Of a stretch of DNA of 64,000 bases, positions 24,901 through 36,900 are shown one piece after another. Within the stretch, counting starts at the first letter, position 1, and every line of letters starts with the position of its first letter. The notes beneath the pieces were generated by a model. That model saw only the letters and a list, made by a program, of their open reading frames with translations, did not search any database and was not told the DNA's origin. Source of the DNA: Tubulanus polymorphus (Eukaryota > Animalia > Nemertea); assembly GCF_964204645.1 (NCBI RefSeq), contig NC_134032.1:9350275-9414274 (forward strand). Direction: 5' to 3'. Made by a program: the position numbers and the translations under genes.

Positions 24901-27900
24901 GAAACCGACAACGCTTAATTCAGCTTCCTGAGAGTCAGTCGTATTAAAGGTAAGCAACGCTGTCATATAGGCTCAGAGACGGCGGTTCCTTGAGTAAGAC
25001 CTCTGTCACAAGGGTTCGGTTTCAAAGACTGGTATTATCTTTAACTCGGGGCCTAACTTTTGAAGTGAAAATGAATTTAGCTCTGTGGTTAGAATTAATA
25101 CCAGTCCGTAAATTCGATAATTCTTATCGAGGACTGCATCATTATATAAAACCCTATAAAAAACCCACAGTAGATACTTAGAAAAGTTTATTTACTAACA
25201 GTTTCGGGGTTACTTCTAAACCCCATCATCAGAGAAACTAAAACATTTTAGTTTCTCAGATGATGGGGTTTAGAAGTAACCCCGAAACTGTTAAAAAATA
25301 AACTTTTCTACATATCTACTGCGGGTTTTTATTTGTTAACTCTACACTGAGATTAATACCAGTTCACTATAGTCATTATATAGGGCCTAACCTATTGTCT
25401 CGTGAGTCAAAGTTGGCTGCGTAGCAATCTCGGGTTCTCAGTCACGGTCTCGGGTTCTCAGACGTGCGTTGAATTTGAATCATTATGGAAGCTCGAGAAC
25501 CGCTCCGCGCTTAAGCGAAATTTATACCTCTTCGACTTTTCAGCACACGCAAAATTGACGATGAAATTCGCACTGTCCGTTTTGATTCTGGCGTTCGCCG
25601 TCGCGATGGCAGCAACGATGACGACCAACGAGGTGGACGCCGACGTCGAGTTGTTTGCGCGCGACTTGATCGCGCAAGAGGCGACGAGCAACGAGATGGC
25701 CGACCGAGTCGACGAGCTGCTGCGCGAACGTCGCGCCTGGTGGAACTGGAAGAAATTCTGGGAAATCGTCAAGAAAGTCATCATTTTCATCGTCGATAAC
25801 TTCCTGAAGAAAGACGGCCGAGACGACCCGGCGGTCGCCAGTCGCAAACGCGCCGAAATCCAGAATCTGCTTCGATCGTGCGGAAAATCGTGCACCGCCA
25901 ACGTATATCGTTACGCGTTGAATTTCTTGAAACGCAACAAAGCGAACAATAGCAGAAATGTAGCTAAACTTAGAGAGCTGTTGGGATGAGCGGTTAGAGG
26001 GAGAATGCGGCGGAGAGGGTTACTACGAAAAAATTATAATTTCACAACTCAGCAGGCCCTTTGTTTCTCCTGCATTCTTGACGAAATGTCTGTCGACATA
26101 TACACATATACTGTATCCCAGTATTAGAAATACGTAGAATAAAATCATATTAAACAATAACGCTAATTTTTTCCTGTTTTCTTCGAGTACCGCCACCAGA
26201 TGGCGTGACTAACGGCTCATCGGTTCTATGCGGCAATGCGAACTGAATCCTCCATTGCACAGTAGTTGACTGCCTACTTCACACCAGCGAACACCTGGCG
26301 GTTCATAACTTGTCACAAGTGGTGTCTACTGACCACTATGATTACCACAATAGTTAATATTCCGCTGCATGCTAGCACACCCGGTGGATCCTCACCCGCC
26401 ACAAGTGGAATCCTCTATTGCAACAGTAGCTGATGTGTAGTAGCAACACCTGGTGCATCCTCACTCACCACAAGTGGAATTCTCCATTGCGAAAGAATTT
26501 GATGGCCTACTACACACTAGCGACACCTTGTGGATGTTCGACTGCCACGGTAGCATTACTGGGATGCCTTAATAATAGATAGTCCCGAATGTCTTTACTT
26601 ACGTTCGATTTTCAAGGCGTCGGGAACGTAGAAATGCAACAATACGGCCAGACAGCAACCGTCGCTAACGTCCTTCAGATCTTCCATCTCCGGCACGACT
26701 GGTCGCCGCGACGACGAGGCGTTTGTCCATTGTTTCAGCAAACGCGTTTTAACCGTTTGACAAACTTTATTCGCCCAGAACAATAGCGCGTCCTCGGCAT
26801 CGTAGGGCAGTTCGCTACTCGCGTTCATGCTCGTGAATTTACTAGAAAAACAAACAGCAACAGTGTTCTAAATTTTTCTATGTCAGTCGATAGAATTAAT
26901 AGTTTTTAAGATCCCGAACTCAGTTCCGCAGTTGGTTCACAGTTCAGCTTCAACTTTGTTAAACAATTGGAAAAAGACTCATTTTAACCCCGAAGCTAAC
27001 CTTATCAAACCTGCCTTACAACTGAGGTTGGAACTAACTAACGATAGTCCAGTTTACTAGATCTTTTTTTTCAACTTTTTCAGGGAAATGTATCCAGGAT
27101 CTGCAAGATCAGCGTTTTCTTTATGCTAAATCTAACAAATGCAAACTGGGTCCGAGATCTCGTAGTTGGCCTCCCAATAAGTGCCCATTGAAACTTGAAA
27201 ACTGTTAGAACCCCTGTTCAACAACGCCAATGCCCGTCAGGGGCTGCACTTACCGGACCGATTGAACGACTTTTTCTATAGATACGGACTGCGCGATACT
27301 GGCTTTCATCAGGGCATCAATCATAGCCATATGAGCTGACTGGAAAATTATCAATTATTAAATGAGACAAAAACATCAAAAACCACATGTGAAATAAATG
27401 ACTATTTATTCTGTTTACTCCTTGCAATTAGAATAATCATTCCCATGACCGAGGACTGAATGTGATATGTAAAGCAAGCAACGATTTCATGAATTACAGT
27501 AAGCCCATGCGTGGTTTAAAATCGAACTAGGGCTATGTATGAAAGTACGTACATAAGATATTCTTATTTTACACATTTACAAGTGACAAGATGCATGCAA
27601 CCCCCTATCTTTAAGTGGGCCAATTACTAATTCACAAACAACGGTATGTTCGCAGTCTAGAATAGACCTAAGTCACGTAAAGTCTGTTTTACGAAGACAT
27701 GATTGCATGCAAAGCCCATAAACCTCTTACAGGGTAGCCACTTTTCAATTAACACAGTCATATATAGATGGGGTAAGTATTTGATTTTATGAAATTTTCC
27801 CTGATTTTTAAGTTTTTTTTTGGACAAAATTCCCCGACTATTCCCTGATTTCCTGGTAAGAGTGGCTTCCCTGTGTTATGACACTGGCCAGTGCCACAGT

Positions 27901-30900
27901 TCTGGCAACTGCGGAAACTTGGCCGTTCATTCCAAATCCTTCTTTCGATCGAAACATTTTCGCAGGTGGAAGAAATTTTCAAATCGAAAAATAATTTTTC
28001 ACATTGCCGACACCGAAGATTTCAGGATTACAGGATGAGAAATATTCACTCAGTTCCTGTGACGACGATTAACAAACGACGAAACGAACGACGCTACAAT
28101 CACCGAGACCTATAGTGCCTCCACCTAGCGACGGTCGGATGACCTACTTACCAGATTAAACGGGGCTTTTTTCATGGATATGAGAACACCCGGCTGATTA
28201 ACAGGCGGACCACTGACCTAGATATAGTAACATGTATTTTACAGGTTCATGTTACGTATTAGTTGTTTGAAAGGTGGACGGAAGCACCTGTCAAACATGT
28301 TAAGATATTAGTTACTAACAATACACCGCACTGCGGTGTAGATGCCGTAAATTGGTATGCCAACAATACACCGCACTGCGGTGTAGATGCCCTAAAGTGG
28401 TATGCCCGATATTCAACGCACCGGGGTGGAATTTCTTTAGATTTTCAAATCATCTCCAGGGGACACGTGTCGCAATAGCGCAGCAAAGTCTGTAGGAGTC
28501 TGTAACCTCACGCCTGACTATTGCCGATCTTTTTAACTTTGTTTTCAGAGTCATCATTCTAATAAGCCCCGCAGTCTACTGATGATTTTACTTTTCTCAA
28601 AAAATTTCTACCCGAAATCGTCGGTAAAATCGCCCAGTGTGTCCGGGCAATCGCCTTTGGCGATTTAGTCGGCCGACGAGATCGCCTGAGTCCAACATGT
28701 TGGATTTCGTCACTGGTGACAGAATGGCTCAGTGTGTCAGGGGACGGCGATCAGTCGCCTCGAGCGCTGTATTAACCAGCCAATCACGGCTCTTCGACGT
28801 GGTTCACGTGATAGCAAAATGGCGACCTCCACCCGAGTTCCGCGTGTCTTCGGCTTTAAACGAGATTTTTCACCGTCGGGAATAGATGAGATATAAGGGA
28901 CAGGGGTACGTACCATTCTGAAAGGGGCTGTGTGCATCAGGGCCGTCTCGGTGACGGCCGAATCGTTTTCGTCTTCGACGTAGATTCCTTTCCGCGACAG
29001 ACTCTGTATCACGCCGGAATGTCCTACGAGCGAAAGAAAAAAAATCATTAAACCTAGGATTAAATATTTTTCGATCTCCTATGCAGAATAACCGGACCCA
29101 GTAAGGATTAAGACATCGGAGGTAAACAAATTTTCACCCTCGAAGTGTAAGTCCAGTGTCACAGTAAATATGATGATGAAACAGCGAGCTGCCAACCTCT
29201 GAAGAGTGCTATCAGTTACGAATTGAATTCCTTTCATTAACATTTCATTCAGATTTGAAAGAAATGTTCGAATAAATCAATTATCAACAGTAAGACCCTC
29301 GGTAACATCTTTCATATTTCTGCACGCATCAAACAAATCGCATCAGTATTTCTAGTTTTAAGATGCAAGTGCAAAATACTGAAAATCAGGAACAGTTGGC
29401 AGCTCTGGATGAATTCCAGTAAGATCATCAAATCTCTGGACTCCTGTAGAACTGGGTACTTTTCTACATCTAAAAAGTTCAACACACCTGCGGCATAAGT
29501 TGGGATACAAGCGGAGCCAGGGAAGGGTCGAAAAAGAGGTACTTGGTTAATTTTTGACGGTACTTTTTTCCACAACCGGGAAACTACTTCTAAAAAGGCG
29601 GCAACCCAGACTTGGGATGAATAATCTAGTTTATTAATACGCATGCAGATACGAATAAATAATGCTTTTTAGGACGGGAACACACCCAAGTTTTCAACGC
29701 ATATACACAGAAAATGTCCTTGCACAAAATACATTTATTAACAGAAATTTTTTTCGTGCAAATTCAAGATTCAACAAAATTTGCCACGGAAAGCACAACA
29801 TTAATGGAAAAAAAATATTCTAAACGTCTAACAACAAACTTAAAAATACTTCGGAAAAATGATATGCACCATTCCGACGGGAAGGGGGAAACATACCTTT
29901 TTCTATTGACGCCGAAATTATCGAAAATCCATGCAAAATAATAACAACGTTTTAAAATACACTGAATACACCGATTCGAAATTGTTGAGAATTTTGTCGA
30001 AAAAGCCACATTTACGAGGGTTTAGCTTCTAGATGGTTTAAGCCTGTTTTCAAAGCTACGGATAGGCCCTTTTCTCGGAGCTGCCCATTTTATGTAAAAA
30101 AAATATGCATGAACACTGGCCACCGGGGCTGGTTCCATAGTAGAGACTTTGGTCAAAAAGTGATCTTAGATATTAAGTTGCTAGATTGGCTATAGATCTG
30201 AAATGAGCTTAGACTGGTATTAAGTTCAAGCCATGACCATGGAACCAGCCCCTAATCTATAACATTCAAGTCTAGTCCAGCGCACTTCTCTTCTATGCTG
30301 ATCAATAGCCAGAAAAATGCATTAGAACATAATGAAATTTCAAAATTTTGAGAAACTTTGTCTCTTGTCGTAGGACATGGCCGTTCTTTAAGTTTATGCC
30401 TTTTCATTTGATTGCGCTATTAACCATAATCATTTAGTGGCCCTGGATCAACCCCTGAGCAGGGCCGGAGATTGAGTTCATCTTGCCCACGCCCTGGGAA
30501 CGGGGGTTGTATTATGAATACCTACCGTGCCATTTAGCCGGAGATTCTTGGAATATATTCGCGCAGGCCGAACAGTACAGTTCACCGGATGTCATCAAAT
30601 TCATCAACTGCGGTTTAACGTACCACGCGCCCTAAAAAATACATAAATACGGTTAGCGAAAACAATACCAAATATAGCTGCAAAGCAGCGATAACGGGTT
30701 TTCTGTATAGCTGCACCCTCCGCAAGGGACTTAGAGATTGAAAACAAAATTCATCGTCGAGGATTCGAACTAGATATCAAAGGCCTAGGTAACTGGACTG
30801 AATGCAGGATGTTACTGGTAAAGATGCCACCCTGATTCGGATATTCTTGGAGCCATCCACTTTCTTCGACTCATCAATGAGATGAATCTCAAGGCCGTCA

Positions 30901-33900
30901 GGTAAAGATTTTCGGAATGAAATGAATCTCACGTAAAGTTATTCAGAATGGACTATTTGCGCATGACGATTCCTACTTTTTTAGTCGGTGTTCGTCGGCA
31001 ATTTTTTTTCCATTCGATTGGTTACCTGTTGGTCCTCGAAGAACAGATCCCTCTGATCGTGCGGTATCGTTCCATTGTACGCTTTCGACAAAACCCACAA
31101 CACCGACGCTCGAAATTTAGCCTGCAAATCATACAGAAAAAATACAATAATAAATTATCAATAAACTATCAGGAATTGTTCCGGGAAGTTAAATGAGCAG
31201 GATAGGCTCTAATTGGGAAAGGAATGTTTAGACCCAGGACAGGGCAGTTCAATTCCTCGAATTGCTGGGGATAATATTTGCGATGACACGGACACAATTT
31301 GGCCCGGGCAAAATTGGCACGGATCAGGCTCGGGCCAAATTTGGCCTGTGCCTAATTAGAGAGTGCGTTCACACGCAAACCATTCACTCGATACTAAATA
31401 ATGCTCAAACAAAGCGGAGTGGGTCATTTCCGGTGCCAGCAATTCAAACGCAATCATTTGTCTGGTGTTAAAATTTGGCTCAGGCCTGGCCTGACGTTTT
31501 TGGTCGTGCCAAATTTGGCCCGGGTCAAACCGGCTCGGGCCCATTTGGCACCCGTGTGAACAGTTGTTCCGGGCCAAATTTGGCCCGGGCCAAAAATGTT
31601 CGTGTGATCGCAGCTTAAGATCCTGCATGGGTAGATGGTGGCCTCTCGGACCAGAAGGTAAGCCCCCTCCACGCACGAGCGAACATCAAATCAGGTCCAA
31701 GGCATTTTGCGCTGCGCAATGTTCAGGTTATAGGCTCTAGGTCCCCCCCGCACATGAGCTGAAAAATCAGCGAAGGGAGCTGTGGCAAGCTTGTCTATGC
31801 ATCATGTAATCACCTTTTGGTCATCCTCGTCAAACCTATTCGAATACTAAGGAATTCTTCTGTTTCTATTACTTCTCCATCGCCAAAATTTCCAGATCGA
31901 CGGTCTTGCCAGGGGAAGATTATGATTTCGTCAATTCTAGTAATCCCATTGATCATACAGAAAGTGGTAACATTAACAATAGATTCAACCATTCTCTTTT
32001 CCAAAATTGATCGCTATCATCAGTTTTTGCGTAATATCGATGCGACATAAAGCGTGCCGAGTCTCGCGCGCGTATTTCAGCGTACTCGCATCCTCCCTCG
32101 GCAGGGATTCGAACCTGATGGCATCGAGATTGCCACGGCACGAAACCCTGCCATAATCGACCGAGTGCGCGGATACATGCGCAGTTCAGATGATGTGATT
32201 TTTAGCCAATCAGAAATCCCGTTTTATTTTAGCCCGGGTTTTCCCATTTATAGTTCTTCCTTGAAATTTGCCTCAACGATTATACAACGAGCAATCTGAT
32301 TGGTGCCGCCAGTTTTCGTTCGGAAAGCTGCGCATGTACCTGCGCACCCGGTCTACTGATGCAGGGGTTCGTGCCGTGGCTGAGTGTAGCGATGCCATCA
32401 GGTTCGAGTCCCTGCAGAGGGAGGATGGCGTACTCGGCGCCACGGTTATAACAATTAAACGTGATGGATAGGCATATTCGACGAACGACAAATCCAACCA
32501 AAAACCAACGAGCCAAATTTGACCCTGTACAGTTCGGGAGGTGCACGCATTTTCGCTTGTGAGATCCGAGATCTGCTCTAATAAGTAGTCGACGCTAATG
32601 ACTTAAACGAATAAAGGGGATTATTCTTTGTCCAGTTATAAGCGCTTCGTAAATAAATATGTTTATATATCTAAATATGTTTATATATCTAATCCGTGTA
32701 TTATATGCGTTTACAGCCAGAATGACCCCAACCACGACACAAACCAGAGACACTGTACAGTATTCATACATATAAATCAACCCTATTAACGCGGCATCGA
32801 GTTACATCATTACGAGATGTAGAGCTGGAGATCCTCACACACGAGCTGCTGCTGCAGGAGACAGGGAACGACGGTACAGCATCATCGCAGCGGTTTTAGC
32901 ATCGTAATAGCGCTACAGCGGGGAAAATGAACACACCAAACTAGGGGCTGCTTGTAAAGTCAATGTTTTAGATCTAGGCCTATTTATAGGCCCAATAGCC
33001 AATCTTACACCTAAAGGCCGGTTTAAGCTCATTTTAGTTATCGGCCAACCTAACACCGAAAGATGTGCGGCCATTTCAGCCTTAGATCTCGACTGATCAG
33101 TTTTAACTTGCAACAGAATATCCATTCAACCCTGACTTAAGGCCAAAACAGGTCCATATAACTCCAATCTAATACCTTCAAAAGACCAGTCTAAGCTCAG
33201 TTTAGTTTATGGCCAAACTTACACCAAAACAGGACCACTTCGGACTTCTATTTCGACTGATCAGTTTTAACTGAAGCACTGTTATAGAATATATCCATTG
33301 AACCCTGGAGTTAAACTGGTTCATAAAACTCAAACGTCTCCAGACCAATGTCTAAGCTCAGTTAAGTTCTCGGCCAAGATAACACCTAAGATTCAAAACC
33401 ATTTTTGAATTGTAAGTCTCGACTTCTCAGTTTGCACTTACAAGTAGATTAAGAATTGACTCAACCCTGAATTAAAGGTAAAACTAACTCAAGAAGGGCC
33501 CAACTGCAATGTTAATTCTTTTCTTACAAAACACCAGACCCGGGCCCAAGTTCAACGGTTAACCATTGATTAAAATGAACTAGTCTGTGGTCTGATTTAA
33601 TAAGTAACGGTCGAAGCAGGCACAAGTTCATCTTCAAGTTTAAATTAGCTAATTATCGGATAGAACCGAGGTAGGCTTGCCAGTACACAGAGCCATAGAG
33701 AAACAGAATGAGACCGCTGAGACCAGACTCTCCATTATTACACGCCGTCAGTTATAACATCACCATCAGACAGCAGCTATACAGGCTTTACGCGTACAGC
33801 ACTGTATAGGCCTACTTATTCTAGGCCTACCCTGATAAAGGGATCAGGATTCAATTCCGCATTTCTAGGCTTTTATCAATGAGTGACATCATCTATATAC

Positions 33901-36900
33901 GTGACTACACTTTCAAGGAGAGATGGGTAAGATCTCCTTAAAACAAGGTCAAGAGGCCGATGCCGCAGTTGTGGTTCGGATGTGACTATGTTACGTATCG
34001 AGGACAAGTCGTATAGGCTAACCACTGACCAAGGGGAATAGTTCTAACTGCATAAAATCACGATTGAAAAATTGGCTACCGGGACGTGAAACATTAGGTG
34101 AAAATCTCCCTTAACCCTTTCAGTGCTGACTAGTTAATACCCTATAGTGCTAGAGATAATTTGAAAATTTTTAAAAATTCCACCCTAGTGTGTTGAATAA
34201 CGGGAATACCACTATAGTGCGTCTACACCGTGGCGCGGTGTATCGTTAGTTTCTAGTATTTCACTATGGCTGACAAGTGCTGCCATTTTTCAAGAGAGAT
34301 AATTACTATTTACTAATTACATCAATACACTGCAGTGCGGTGTACTAGCAAAATCCATCACTGATTTATACACCGCATTGCGGTGTAGACGCATTGAAAG
34401 GGTTAAAGTAGGGCTTAATACATCGTGACAGATAATATAGGCCGTAAAATACCTCAGGGGCCTATGCGGGGCAGAGAAGCCAATTCTTCAATTCTGATTA
34501 AGTCGAATTCGGTTGAAAGAAGCCAGATCCTGTGGGTGCCGCTTCAGGGAGCAAGAAATGAAAATTAAGACAGCACGATCAGCACACTTACGGATGAATG
34601 GGACAAATTGTATCCGATATTGAAATGTCCCATAACACGTTTTAACAAGCTGGATTTCACGACGCAAATGAATATAAATCAAAACTGTGTGTTGAATTCG
34701 AATGACAAACACCGCCTACGCACTATAACGCGAATGAGTGTCTATGGGGACCCCACCTACTACTGACCCACTGATTTGAGTCGACTGTTTTTGAGTCACA
34801 CATCAGATTATGATGAGCTGACTAGTACCGATGTATATAGTTTTGTCAAACAGATGTCGTTCAATTATTATGGATTTTAATTAAACGAGGCCTCGTCGGT
34901 GCACTGTATACACTGACATAGGCATCTAGTCGATTTAACATCATTGGATTACACTACAATAGCTTAGTGTTATTTGTATATTCGAATATTACCGTTTCAG
35001 CTTATAAGCCCCCGTCATAAATCCCCCTACGACATCATCAAATTATCCCTACAGGGCTACACGGTGGCTATACTTTTTTTCATCATTTGCCCTGACTTTT
35101 CCCGACTATATTCCCTGACACGCACGCCGTTTTCTCTGCCTTGTGTTTAAGAATCTGATCAATAAACAGCCAGACGCGCAAGAAATAGACATAGACATTA
35201 AACGATTTGATTACGCGCGTACACGTGATCCAACTACCTCGAAAAATTTTCTTTCGGCTTTTAGCCCCGATTTCAACAGCATTCCCAGACTTTTTTTTAA
35301 AGAAAAGAAAATCTACTGACCAGGCCTACTCTGAAAAAAAAAACCCAGAAAATTCCCTGGGACTATTCCCCGATTGCCAGGTATAAGGACCCCCTGCCCT
35401 GCGGATCATTATATAAAAGACGGCTCCCTAAAAATACCCCTTCATCATCGAATCTCAACACATAAATCATGGCTGTTTATGAAAAATTCATTGATACGTT
35501 TGAGAGAAATGAAAGTAAAATATCATCAGACAGCGGAGCATATAAGATGTCTATTATCATGTCTACGCATGTTCAATCTCTCCATCAATTATTAATTCAC
35601 TACCCCCCTCCGCCCCCCTCAACAGCAGACACATCATATCAATATTTACTGTATGACAAGAGGTCTAAGGAGTTTAGAAGAAAGCTCGCGTATCTCAAAT
35701 CATCGATGCTCAGCAAGTATTTCTTTCGAAATTCTTCATACAAGTACCAGTAACTATGGCTGCCTCTATAAATCCTCCCTATGACATCATCGAATTACCC
35801 TTCGCCCGACACATAAAAGATGTCTGCCTTCATGAATGTTCCTGTATCTACTATGGTCAAGTTGACCCTGTTCAATATTAGGCCTACCCACAGAACAAAA
35901 TGGCCGCCTCCATGAATCTCTCAACGACATCAGGTCTCGATGATTGCAGTTCTGTTCATAGATGGCACCACCATGATGAAATATAGTGACCCGCATAGTC
36001 ACTTCCAAAATATGGCACTCCCTATTCATAGGGCCTATGATCTGCCCGTGAAAAACCTTGATATCTACTAAATCTTACTATATCGCAGATCAAAGGTGAT
36101 CCTTCGATCAAGATGGATATCTGCCTGCCAAAAATCCCTCTCATAGAAACAACCCTCCCCCTCCCCATTTATAATAGGTATTTGTATAATGGTATGCACG
36201 GTTACTTCAGGCCTATACAACAGACCTCGGTTTTCATGGTTAGTCGAGTAAAATTGTACTGGTTGTGGGAGCTTATAACCGCACGCACTGCGCTTCGGTC
36301 TGAACGCATTTCAGTGTCGGCCATCTCGGAATTACCCTATAGCAGACTGGACTAGGCCTGTAATTCTATAGTTTTATGGTAACCTAACTCAAAGACAGCG
36401 GTTCAAAAGGGGCAGATAGGTGGAGTCCGGCAGAAGAAATGACGACAAAATTTTTCAGAAAACATAGGGCGCCATAGGCTACTAACGGATCCCACCCTCA
36501 GAGTTAGATATTTTCAAAGTAATAAGTCTGAAAATATATGCAATTTCTGAGCGAATCAGGGTCAAATTATCAGGTTTAACTATCTCTGTGTTGACTAAAA
36601 GGCAACTTCAATGCGAAAGCAGGGATCCGCATCCCGAGACCACCCGATAAATCTGCCCCTGTTTAATTGAAAATGAACCAGAATATGTTCCAATTTTGAG
36701 GGTATTTTTCTCAAAAAACATTTTTTGGGTGTGTAGTTGATATCTCAAAATAGAAACTAATACTTTCTAGTTACTATATCTCAGTGTTTTCAATAAGAGC
36801 CAGGTCCCAGACCTATCTGTCGTTTGTAAAGGACTCGCCTGTTGCTTCAAACAAGCTTTCGTTTCAGGGACTGTGACATATTATGGGACCCTCCTGTTTT

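Noticed and set aside
25402-25560. N-terminal extension of the 195-aa ORF from a GTG start
   Set aside because: Mostly lies in the predicted 5'UTR intron (acceptor at 25543); the signal peptide starts at ATG 25561.
25458-25901. 147-aa minus-strand ORF as a CAMSAP exon
   Set aside because: Antisense shadow of the peptide gene; the CH-domain exons on either side join without it.
31814-31846. Possible 33-nt phase-0 CAMSAP microexon (YSNRFDEDDQK)
   Set aside because: Weak donor (GTGATT), and it would interrupt the conserved DYD..KAK N-terminal motif.
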